This document shows, one piece after another, positions 55,854 to 64,000 of a DNA stretch of 64,000 nucleotides. Position 1 is the first letter of the stretch. Every line of letters begins with the position of its first letter. The notes beneath the pieces are model-generated. The model was not told the DNA's origin. It worked only from the letters and a program-made list of their open reading frames with translations, and made no database searches. This stretch comes from Flavobacteriales bacterium (GTDB taxonomy: Bacteria > Bacteroidota > Bacteroidia > M30B66). The stretch covers positions 24,847 to 88,846 of the forward strand of contig JBIPLZ010000421.1 of the NCBI GenBank assembly GCA_044369395.1, given 5' to 3'. Made by a program: the position numbers and the translations under genes.

Positions 55854-56147
55854 TTATAATTTCCAGCGTTCATCACTGTCACTATCACTGTCACTACTAT
55901 CATCGTCGTCCATATCTACTTCATCACCATCGTCGTTATCGGGTCTTCCCATAGCGGTGTTGGTTAGTATCATCTCAAAATACTTTCCAACTAGACTCAT
56001 ACACTGGTCAGGAGTAAAACCTTCAGAAAAACATTTAGAATAAAATATTCGTAAAGCTCTTGGATAGTTGTCTGCAATAAATCCAGACGCTTCGTCAAAC
56101 ATACGAACTCGATCTGGCTCGTCTAAAGGCTCATCATTATTCGACAT
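55854..56147 (-). CDS. acidic protein with poly-Asp/Ser C-terminal tail
   Basis: Ends DDGDEVDMDDDDSSDSDSDSDERWKL. Probable start at MSNNDEP. Confidence 0.35.
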   Translation of the reverse strand: MSNNDEPLDEPDRVRMFDEASGFIADNYPRALRIFYSKCFSEGFTPDQCMSLVGKYFEMILTNTAMGRPDNDDGDEVDMDDDDSSDSDSDSDERWKL

Positions 56148-56649
56148 GTTGTTTACCTTTGATTGTAATAAGACGGCAGTATTCAGCCAAGCATATGGCA
56201 TCAGCAACACCGTCGTGTTCTGTTCTTCTTCTTTCTGGGATCAAATACTTTGAACCATTTTCAAGAGACTTAGCAAACTCAATACTTTTCTTTTTGTCAG
56301 GGGTCGTATAACCAAAAAGTTTTCGTTTCCATCTTTGAGATGTGACTTGTTCAAATGGAATGTATAAAACATCTAACAAACAAATGAGTGATCCAAAACC
56401 ACGTCCAAAAGAAAAAGTTGATACTACACCTTGTTTAGGCATAGCATGAACCTGTTCTATTGCACAGGTATTAATTCGAGATGTAAATCTTGTTATTTGA
56501 AGATACAAATCTTTACAGTCTAAAACCTTTTTATGGTTTTCAACAAGTAATGAGAAGGGGGAGGCATAGCGGACCCCACCTGATATATCCACTATAGCAA
56601 ACGCTCCCCCCAATCCCGGATCTATTCCTAAGAACAGATCTTGGTTCAT
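56137..56649 (-). CDS. RuvC-family Holliday junction resolvase
   Basis: N-terminal LGIDPGLGGAFAIVD motif. Confidence 0.6.
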   Translation of the reverse strand: MNQDLFLGIDPGLGGAFAIVDISGGVRYASPFSLLVENHKKVLDCKDLYLQITRFTSRINTCAIEQVHAMPKQGVVSTFSFGRGFGSLICLLDVLYIPFEQVTSQRWKRKLFGYTTPDKKKSIEFAKSLENGSKYLIPERRRTEHDGVADAICLAEYCRLITIKGKQHVE

Positions 56650-56918
56650 ACAGACCTCTGTGTAATTTGACGTGAGATTTCATATTCAAGAGCTGCAACA
56701 GAATCTCGCAAAGATTTAATTACAGCTTCTTTAGTCATTTGCTTTTCGGGTTTAAAATAAACAGGTTCTTGAAATTGCATACCACCGCCATCTTCAAATT
56801 GAAGAACTGCTCCAAGAACAAGACTTACATTTCCACCTGTTGGTGGCAACGTTTGTTTAGATGCTGTCTTCTTTTCAAGGTTTTGTTTGATTGCAGACTT
56901 TTTACTTTTGGACTTCAT
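56646..56918 (-). CDS. hypothetical protein
   Basis: 90-aa ORF coupled to the resolvase gene. Confidence 0.35.
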   Translation of the reverse strand: MKSKSKKSAIKQNLEKKTASKQTLPPTGGNVSLVLGAVLQFEDGGGMQFQEPVYFKPEKQMTKEAVIKSLRDSVAALEYEISRQITQRSV

Positions 56919-56972
56919 AGCATTCCTTTACTAGGGGTTAAAAACTAAAACAACTGTACCAATAACAATTAT

Positions 56973-57578
56973 TTATTTGGTTGTGGTTGCAGGGGTTGCA
57001 GATCCAGTTGATCCAAATCCTCCGGCTGCACGAGCAGTAGTATCAAGCGTTGCAGCATCTACAAAGTTAAAGAAGCCGCAGGGCAAAATTATTACCTGTG
57101 CAATACGATCACCAGCTTTATAGGTGAAGGGTTCTTTACCCATGTTGGTAAGCATGATTACAATTTCACCACGGTAATCAGTATCAATCACACCGCCAGT
57201 AATAACTAAGCCTTGTGCAGCAAGAGAAGATCTATCACGAATTAAACCAAAGAGTCCTGTAGGGAGTTCAAACCCTACTCCCGTATTTATTTTTTTAGCA
57301 ATTTCTCCGGGCTGAATAACACCATCTTCACAAGAAGAAAGATCAAAGCCTGCATCTGAAGCATACGTTTTAAATGGAGCTTTAGCTGTTAATGAAAACA
57401 GTTTGTATTTAAGAGGAGGCGGTCCTTGGTTTTGTCCACTTTGCATATTAGGATTCATTCCCGGCATCATAGGGTTCATACCCTGCATGTTAGGATTCAT
57501 CCCGCCCATCATCGGATTAAAGTTTGGATTCATATTAGGGTTCATATTAGGGTTCATACCACCAGTAAATGCACTCAT
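56973..57578 (-). CDS. dut: dUTPase (trimeric) with MNPN-repeat N-terminal extension
   Basis: Motifs ASDAGFDL, RDRSSLAAQG, GVIDTDYRGEI, GDRIAQVIILP. The N-terminal ~45 aa are (MNPN)n / GMNPNMQ repeats. Confidence 0.85.
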   Translation of the reverse strand: MSAFTGGMNPNMNPNMNPNFNPMMGGMNPNMQGMNPMMPGMNPNMQSGQNQGPPPLKYKLFSLTAKAPFKTYASDAGFDLSSCEDGVIQPGEIAKKINTGVGFELPTGLFGLIRDRSSLAAQGLVITGGVIDTDYRGEIVIMLTNMGKEPFTYKAGDRIAQVIILPCGFFNFVDAATLDTTARAAGGFGSTGSATPATTTK

Positions 57579-59542
57579 ACTTTTAGTTCCTCTTTTTGTG
57601 CTGTTATTTCGCAAGCTATTCCATCGCAACCAACGTCGTTCATGTCATGTGATTTTTGTTCTGGCCATTGAATTGGTTTTAAATCTTTGGTCATCTCTAA
57701 ATATTGCTCAGGGGTTATGCTCTCATACGGCATCTGAGGGTAAGCTCCTTCTTCTAAAGCGGGTAAAAATGATACCGCTTTAAGTTGTGATTCAAACTCT
57801 TTCAAAAGAGCGTTAAGATTAGGACCTTCTGTAACAGGATCAAAAGTTACTGTTACTGATACGGAGTTATCTGCCCAGTGTTTTTGTAACAAGACTGCAA
57901 GCTCTAGCTGTTCTCTTGCAGAGATGTGTTCTACAGTAGCTACACGTACATCACCCATAACAGGAAACTCTACCACTGTTGTGTGTGGATCTTCTCGATC
58001 TCCCATTTTCATTAGCTCGGTTTTGTAGCCAGCTTCTTTAATAGCTTTTAAATCTGCAAGGTGTGTGGAATATCGAACCCTCCGGATATAGCAATTTCTC
58101 AAGGGATAATGACACCCAGGAGTGCAACCAGCAAGGAGTGAAACTGTTCCAGAGGGTTTGATCGAGGTCTTACGAATACTTTCTCTTACACCTAACCATT
58201 CAGAATAAATACGGTCATAGGTAGATACTGTTTCATAGCCAGCTTCACACCAATCTATAAGAGTCTTTTTAGAGTTGTACGCTAAGAACTGAGCTACACC
58301 AGAAAGAGATGTACCAATTCTACGATTGCGAAGTTGTACAGCATTGGTTTCAGACCAGTGCGTAGGTAATAAAGTAATAGCTTTTGAATACAAGAATGCG
58401 TATTTAAGCGTGTTCAAAAACTCGGGAAGTGTTTTGTGATGCGGAAGATATGTTTCGTTAAGGTTACATACTTCATAAGGTTCTAATAGTTGTTCAACAC
58501 AAGGATTAGATCCTTTAACACGGTAGTCTTTGTTGTCAGGAGTTCCTTGTATTCTTCCCCACTGTTGTGCATTTTGAAGCCAAAAATATCCAGGCTCTCC
58601 ATTAATGCGGGTGCGTTCTGCAATAGCTGAGTAGTCCATACCTAAGCGAGCGTAAACAGAGTTGTTACTAGTCCAGCCGTAAGAAGCTCTCTCAGGGTTC
58701 TTAGAGTAATCTTTTAAATCTAAGTACTCTGGGTCGTCAGGAGACCCAAAGCTTATCTCTGCCGTACGGCGTATATTACCTGCAACTACGCAACGCCCTA
58801 CAAGATTCATAATGTCTACGATATTACGGACAGAAATAGTCTTTCCAGCAGACAAAAGAATAAGAGTTTCAATGTCTTTGAGTAAAGACTTAAGAGGCTC
58901 AGGCCCTTCTGCTACCCCACCAAATCCACGGATAGGAGTACCTTTGGGCCGTATCAAAGAATAGTCAAAGAGGGGTTTTGGATACAAACCGAATCCCCAA
59001 AGTAAAAGCTTGCCCAGAGCTTCTACCCACCCCTCCCTTGAATCGGGTATAAGAAAAGCTTGTGATGATGTAGTTGGAGTCCAAGTTGTTTTGCCTGCAC
59101 CATCGGTGTCAAAGCCACAACCAACTCCCAACATACTAACATCCATTAGAAAACAAAAAGGCTTTTCACGGTCTTCTGCAATGTTTGCAGTGCTTACAAA
59201 AGCACAATTCATTAAAGGCATCGACCCAACTTTATCTACAATGGGAGTACCGTGTACCCACAAGCCTCTACCGGGAGGTGTAAATTTAAAGTTGTAGATT
59301 AATCGAGCCATTTCACCTGCTTCTTTTAAAGCAAGCGTGTGATCAAACGGAAGGTTGTAATGCTTGCAATGATTTTGCAAAATATCAAAAGTTCCATTTA
59401 CGCATCTAGATACCGTGTCAGCCCATGTCTCTTCTTCACGACGGTAGGTTCTTCGGTAAACTAGCTCTCCCAAAGAATTGGGGCCAGACATGAAACCCCA
59501 CTTAGGGGTAGAATTATTAAAAATATCAGGCCTGATAAACAT
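57575..59542 (-). CDS. ribonucleotide reductase, monomeric class II-like (RTPR-like)
   Basis: ~650-aa protein with an NPC.E active-site-like loop (KGSNPCVEQLL) and C-terminal Cys pair CDGIACE. Start taken at MFIRPDIF, since the upstream part is low-complexity and AT-rich. Confidence 0.5.
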   Translation of the reverse strand: MFIRPDIFNNSTPKWGFMSGPNSLGELVYRRTYRREEETWADTVSRCVNGTFDILQNHCKHYNLPFDHTLALKEAGEMARLIYNFKFTPPGRGLWVHGTPIVDKVGSMPLMNCAFVSTANIAEDREKPFCFLMDVSMLGVGCGFDTDGAGKTTWTPTTSSQAFLIPDSREGWVEALGKLLLWGFGLYPKPLFDYSLIRPKGTPIRGFGGVAEGPEPLKSLLKDIETLILLSAGKTISVRNIVDIMNLVGRCVVAGNIRRTAEISFGSPDDPEYLDLKDYSKNPERASYGWTSNNSVYARLGMDYSAIAERTRINGEPGYFWLQNAQQWGRIQGTPDNKDYRVKGSNPCVEQLLEPYEVCNLNETYLPHHKTLPEFLNTLKYAFLYSKAITLLPTHWSETNAVQLRNRRIGTSLSGVAQFLAYNSKKTLIDWCEAGYETVSTYDRIYSEWLGVRESIRKTSIKPSGTVSLLAGCTPGCHYPLRNCYIRRVRYSTHLADLKAIKEAGYKTELMKMGDREDPHTTVVEFPVMGDVRVATVEHISAREQLELAVLLQKHWADNSVSVTVTFDPVTEGPNLNALLKEFESQLKAVSFLPALEEGAYPQMPYESITPEQYLEMTKDLKPIQWPEQKSHDMNDVGCDGIACEITAQKEELKV

Positions 59543-59559
59543 AGGATTCCTTCCTGTTG

Positions 59560-59600
59560 TATTATCATTAAATAATGATTTGTATGATTTGTCAATCTTA
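59560..59600 (-). promoter_or_regulatory. sigma70-like promoter upstream of the RNR gene (TTGACA-17-TTTAAT on the minus strand)
   Basis: Minus strand: TTGACAAATCATACAAATCATTATTTAATG in an AT-rich gap between the polymerase and RNR genes. Confidence 0.3.
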
Positions 59601-59630
59601 TTTTCGGAATTGTTCTTATTTTTATTTGAA

Positions 59631-61805
59631 TTACTTTTCCCAGTAATCACAAAGGGAGAGAGAGCATTCCACGGGAACTTTTTTATCCATTGCGAAGAAC
59701 ATTTCTTCTTCCATAATAAACTTTGCATGATTAGCCTCTTCCGTGTTGGAAACTTCTAGAACAATTTCATCGTGAACAAATGCCACGGGATAAAACTTTT
59801 CACGAACTAGTCTCCAAAGAGCTCTCTTAGCTCCATCGGCTGCAAGGCTTTGAAAAGGTGTGTTACGAGCTTGAGTGTAAGTGCATCCTCCTCGAACTCT
59901 TCCTGTCATGGTAATTGCGTTAGTAGAGAAAAGTTCGTAATGAAAATCCATGCCACCTGTTTTGAGTTTGCTGTTTTCTAATAGATGGTCAAAGTTTTTA
60001 AAACTTAGTTTTAAAAGATCTGTCATTACTTCCCAGCAAGTATCCCACATCTTAGGTTCATATCGAAACTCGTTTTTGTTTTTTAACCTTGCTGCATTTG
60101 AAAGCATGATTGCTGCCATTGGAATGTTTTTACTTATCTTAAGTAAAGGCCCTTCTAAAACTTCTACTGGAACCATAAGGTTATAGGCAAGGTCTTCTAA
60201 AATAGAGTCTGAAAGATACTTTCCAATCTCAGGGTAAATCTGATAGATCAGTTTTTTTCTAAACGCGGAAGCTTCTTCTTTTGTCATGCTTACACCGTAA
60301 GAAGCTTTAGCGTAATCAGCTAAAGAGGCTGCTCCTAAACCTCCTGGGATTCCAAAATTTAGAGCCTTGGCTGCTTGACGAAATGTTTTAAAACTTACGG
60401 GATTTGTTTCTTTTAACTTTTGAAACTCTTCAAGAGTTATCCCTTGAATCATTGCAGCAGTATATACGTGAGGGTCTATGCCTTTACGAATTGTATCTGC
60501 AAGAACAGACGTTCCGAAACGATCTTCACAAATAGCTGCAAGTGTTCGTAGCTCAATAAATGCGTAGTCAATCACTGCAAACTTTTTTCCACTGCGGGGA
60601 ACAAACAAAGATCTGAAAGATTTATCTCCAGGCATTTGTTGAATGTTAGGTTTAGAAGAACTGGTTCTTCCAGTACGCATAAGCACTTGATAGCTGGGGT
60701 GTATTCTTTCTGTAGTGCTTTCTTGAAAGATGTTAAAAAACGATAATAACTTAGAAGTGCTATTAAGACCTAAGAATTTTTTAATAAGTGGATTGTATTC
60801 TTTATAAGGTTCCCAGTCTGAAGTTGAAAGAGAAACAAGACCTGAAGTTTTACCTTCTGATAAAGGTAAAGGAATACCATTATTTAAACATACTTCAGAA
60901 AGAAGACCACGAAGAACTTTTGTACTCATAGAAGGGAGATGAGATTTTTCTGTATACTTTAATCCACCTCCCATTCTCTTAGAGTATCTTTGAAAAAGAG
61001 TAGGGTACTCTTGATCTAAAGATGCAATGTCGTTTTTAATTCCTTCCCTAATAGATAGTTCTTGAAGATTAACTTTACCGGGGTTAAAACCTATTCCATT
61101 GCGAGTGATTTTTAAAAGAGCTATAGCTGCTTTAACTTGAATGTGATGAGTTAAAGGTCCGTACTCTTTTATTTTACTATCCGATATTCCAAACTCATGA
61201 GATAAGTCTAAAGCCTTTTGATACAAAAGTTTGTATATCTTTTGAGTTGCTGCGGAGTCTGATGCAGCGTAATCAAAAAATCCTTGGTCAACTTTAGTCC
61301 AATCTTCGACTTCTAAAAGTTCTCCAAACCTAAGTCGGTAAGGAGATTCTTTGTCTACTGTAAAAGATATGTTTAATTCTTTAGCGTATTGAGAACAAAG
61401 CTTTCCTAAGTTTTGAGGAAAAAGCATACCTTCAGAAGAGCCTGCTTTAGATTCTCCTAAGCCAGTAGCTAGACGAATAAGCATGTCTAAAAACATAGTG
61501 TCATGCAAACGGTTAGATTCTACAAGATTCCAAACGCGAGGGGTTACTTGTTCTAAAACCCAAAAGTCAAAAGCAGCGTTGTGGCAAACAAAAGTGTGGC
61601 TGGTATGAGCTGCAAAAAAAGAGTCTACTTCATAAGGACGAAGTATTATTGTAGACTTTCCATCAGAAACTGTAGCTAAGACAATCTTTGGGTTATCTTC
61701 TTTAGATTGAATTAAAACTGTTTCAGTATCTAAACCTAAAATCTTTTCTTCAAGAATTTTCCCATTCCATCCAAAAGTATAAGGGGTGTTAAATAGTTCT
61801 TGCAT
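59631..61805 (-). CDS. DNA polymerase, family A, with 3'-5' exonuclease domain
   Basis: Exo I LGLDTETV, motif A DYAFIELR, motif B RQAAKALNFGIPGG, motif C VAFVHDEIVLEV. Confidence 0.85.
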   Translation of the reverse strand: MQELFNTPYTFGWNGKILEEKILGLDTETVLIQSKEDNPKIVLATVSDGKSTIILRPYEVDSFFAAHTSHTFVCHNAAFDFWVLEQVTPRVWNLVESNRLHDTMFLDMLIRLATGLGESKAGSSEGMLFPQNLGKLCSQYAKELNISFTVDKESPYRLRFGELLEVEDWTKVDQGFFDYAASDSAATQKIYKLLYQKALDLSHEFGISDSKIKEYGPLTHHIQVKAAIALLKITRNGIGFNPGKVNLQELSIREGIKNDIASLDQEYPTLFQRYSKRMGGGLKYTEKSHLPSMSTKVLRGLLSEVCLNNGIPLPLSEGKTSGLVSLSTSDWEPYKEYNPLIKKFLGLNSTSKLLSFFNIFQESTTERIHPSYQVLMRTGRTSSSKPNIQQMPGDKSFRSLFVPRSGKKFAVIDYAFIELRTLAAICEDRFGTSVLADTIRKGIDPHVYTAAMIQGITLEEFQKLKETNPVSFKTFRQAAKALNFGIPGGLGAASLADYAKASYGVSMTKEEASAFRKKLIYQIYPEIGKYLSDSILEDLAYNLMVPVEVLEGPLLKISKNIPMAAIMLSNAARLKNKNEFRYEPKMWDTCWEVMTDLLKLSFKNFDHLLENSKLKTGGMDFHYELFSTNAITMTGRVRGGCTYTQARNTPFQSLAADGAKRALWRLVREKFYPVAFVHDEIVLEVSNTEEANHAKFIMEEEMFFAMDKKVPVECSLSLCDYWEK

Positions 61806-61813
61806 AAGCTCTC

Positions 61814-63952
61814 CTAGCTATTTTGTACAATGAAAACGTAAGTAGGTGTACCACCAAGTGTTCTGCTAATTTTTTCAATCATTCCAAATCCACGATCTAC
61901 AGCAAGCTTGCAAAGATCTTCAGCATCTTCACGTCCTTTACATTCAAACAATCTTTGTCGATAGATGTCTCTGTAAGAAATGCAACCTTTATGATGAGTA
62001 ATTACATGCTTAATAAAGTTTTCTAACTTGCGTTCATTCGGAGTGTAATTAATTCTTTTTAAAACCCTTTGATAATGTGACCTAAAATAATCTAAAACTT
62101 TTATGGCGCACTGCATTGCAGGGGCTGTAATAGGTTGGTCGATATCATAATCACCAACAGGAAGAGATGCTCCGTGTAAGTAGTGCATTACTAACGCAAA
62201 CCTAGCTAAGATAGCTCTATGTTTTCCCCACGCACTTAAATACTGCGGTGGAAAATTTGGATTACGTATAAGAGCATTTTCTTGTTGATGCCACTGATTC
62301 CAAACCTGTCTTGCTTCTGGAGAAAGCGGTATAGCTTTTGGTTGATATAACTTTGTAATAGCATCTGGACTTTGATTAGGAGCTTCTATTGGGCACAAAG
62401 ATAACAACCGCCTGCTTACTGTTTCCCAAGCTTCTTCTAAATCGTTGTCTGGATTAAAAGAAGAGACGGGGTCAAAACCAAGCATTGTGTTAGGGAAGGA
62501 GAACAAAAGCCTAGCAAAGAACCCGTCATCTTTTCCGCAGTCGTTAGTAAGCTCTGAAAGTAAGTCGGGCTGAATACCTCCTAATACTGTAAGAGCTGGA
62601 CAAGATATTATAAGAGTTTCATTATCTGTTTTACGATCTACTTTAACGTCTTCATTCGACCATGTAGAAAGAAAGAATTCTTTGTCACCACCTTTACCAC
62701 CACGGTATTGATTTAGACTTTTAATCCAAGCTAAGATTTCATCTCTAAAGTACAACATCGATGGATCGTTACGGGTGTTATGACCGTTGTCATGTAGACG
62801 TTTTGCTACAGTTTCAACCGTAATATCTGAAACCCAGTAATGAGTAATAGGCCTAGGGCGTGAAGGAGCGTCTGGGATTTCTGTTCCGTTACGCCTAGCT
62901 TGTTTAACTTCTTCTCTCCAATCAACAAGATCTCTTCCAAATAAAGACATTTCGTTTTCGTAACGGTTAGCATCTTCTTTTTGCATCCTTCTTATCGGGG
63001 AGAGTACACGCTTTGCTGCAGGAGACTTTCCAGAAGACGGAGGTGCTACAATGCAAAAGTATTGATTAGCAAGCTCTGTCCATTTGCTATCTAACTGAAT
63101 AGACCTTGAAGTTCCAAGACATCGAGCTGCTACAGCAAGCATAGCCGTCGCCATAAAGTCTTCGGGGCATTGAATAGATTGTGAGTGTTGATTAATAAAC
63201 TCTCTAAGAATAGGCGGGAACACGTCCATTGGAAATGGTTCTGGTTCCCCTGGATCGAAAAAATTTAGAGGTAAAGACTCCCCAGAATGAATTTCACGGA
63301 TTTTAGATATAGCTTCCTCACCCCAAAAAACGGTGGGGGTTAAGCCTGCTACTAAAATATCATCAATTCCTTTATTTGCGGGATCAAGAGTATCCCACGT
63401 TTCAAACCCAATTTCATATCCTTTAGAAAGAAGCGTTTCTGCAAAAAGTCTTAAAAGTCTAGCTACTCCATTCTTTGAAACTACGTCAGGGTAATCAAAA
63501 GAAAGGAGTGCTTTTTTAACATTAAGGTTTTCTAAAACAGGAAGAGCTGAAAGCCACGCTCCTACACCGGGAATAGATATAGTGTAAACTCCGCTTTTCC
63601 TCCAAGCTAAGTCAGATTTAATTTCCCCTTCAGTGATTCTTACAGTTGTGGTGTTTGTTGGTGGTGACAGGGGGCAATGTACGGGTGTTCCCGCACTTAC
63701 ACCTTCTCTACTTGACCAAATAATATACTTGGGAGCAAACGGCCTGCGGGTTTTCATGCCCATGATGTTGCCGTTAAGATCTCGAATAGGAATAAGCAAG
63801 CCTTTGGGATTAATAGCAAACTGACAATACCCTTCATTTTCTTTGCACGAGCGAAATCCTGGTACTTGTAAAAGGCTTGTACCGTACTTTTTGTTTAGTT
63901 TGTTAAGTAAAGAAGTTTCGTCGTATGTTGTAAGCAAAGATCTGTATTGCAA
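61814..63952 (-). CDS. primase/helicase (Toprim-like N-terminal region plus P-loop NTPase, DUF3987-type)
   Basis: P-loop IVAPPSSGKSPAAK. Architecture resembles plasmid/phage primase-helicases. The N-terminus may extend beyond the window edge. Confidence 0.5.
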   Translation of the reverse strand: MQYRSLLTTYDETSLLNKLNKKYGTSLLQVPGFRSCKENEGYCQFAINPKGLLIPIRDLNGNIMGMKTRRPFAPKYIIWSSREGVSAGTPVHCPLSPPTNTTTVRITEGEIKSDLAWRKSGVYTISIPGVGAWLSALPVLENLNVKKALLSFDYPDVVSKNGVARLLRLFAETLLSKGYEIGFETWDTLDPANKGIDDILVAGLTPTVFWGEEAISKIREIHSGESLPLNFFDPGEPEPFPMDVFPPILREFINQHSQSIQCPEDFMATAMLAVAARCLGTSRSIQLDSKWTELANQYFCIVAPPSSGKSPAAKRVLSPIRRMQKEDANRYENEMSLFGRDLVDWREEVKQARRNGTEIPDAPSRPRPITHYWVSDITVETVAKRLHDNGHNTRNDPSMLYFRDEILAWIKSLNQYRGGKGGDKEFFLSTWSNEDVKVDRKTDNETLIISCPALTVLGGIQPDLLSELTNDCGKDDGFFARLLFSFPNTMLGFDPVSSFNPDNDLEEAWETVSRRLLSLCPIEAPNQSPDAITKLYQPKAIPLSPEARQVWNQWHQQENALIRNPNFPPQYLSAWGKHRAILARFALVMHYLHGASLPVGDYDIDQPITAPAMQCAIKVLDYFRSHYQRVLKRINYTPNERKLENFIKHVITHHKGCISYRDIYRQRLFECKGREDAEDLCKLAVDRGFGMIEKISRTLGGTPTYVFIVQNS

Positions 63953-64000
63953 ACCTTGAGCTAATGAAAGATCAATGCCACGTTTTCCTAAATCTTCTGC

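Noticed and set aside
59543-59728. N-terminal 62 residues of the RNR ORF (SNSNKNKNNSENK...)
   Set aside because: This is a low-complexity, AT-rich stretch containing a sigma70-like promoter on the coding strand. Translation more plausibly starts at MFIRPDIF (59542).
1-64000. Lysogeny module (integrase, CI-like repressor, att) or tRNA genes
   Set aside because: No tyrosine/serine recombinase motifs, no repressor/Cro pair, and no cloverleaf-capable sequences were found. The element looks like a virulent phage. No endolysin could be recognised inside the window.

Overview
This window reads as a nearly complete tailed-phage genome, siphovirus-like in gene content, arranged in three blocks. Coordinates 46-25628 on the minus strand hold the virion morphogenesis module. 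It runs from an HK97-family portal through a prohead protease-scaffold fusion, major capsid protein, gp6-like connector and paralogous tail-tube-like proteins. It continues through a tail-assembly-chaperone pair with a candidate -1 frameshift and a giant 3134-aa tape-measure-like protein, and ends in collagen-like and long repeat-rich tail fibres. Coordinates 25656-51103 on the plus strand hold a long accessory or early block, mostly small hypothetical proteins: Cys-rich zinc-ribbon proteins, lipoproteins, small membrane proteins, and three large unknowns of 908, 949 and 602 aa. This block also carries an antisense HNH endonuclease, a C5-cytosine methyltransferase operonically linked to an AlkB-like 2OG-Fe(II) dioxygenase, a duplicated protein family, a GNAT and an RHH protein. 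It is dense with repeated intergenic regulatory elements, stem-loops and intrinsic terminators. Coordinates 51585-63952 on the minus strand hold the replication and packaging block: a DUF3987-type primase/helicase, a family-A DNA polymerase, an RTPR-like ribonucleotide reductase, a dUTPase with an odd MNPN-repeat N-terminus, a RuvC-like resolvase, a second GNAT, small and large terminase subunits, PhoH and a holin-like membrane protein. I found no tRNA, CRISPR array, integrase or repressor. Base composition is mosaic, with AT-rich islands at 25656-28382 and 48800-51100. The most unusual observations are the staphylococcal-nuclease domain embedded in the giant tape-measure-like protein, the MTase-AlkB repair pairing, the repeated promoter-like cassette system at 28383-30555, and a recurrent GGTGTGGGG intergenic motif.
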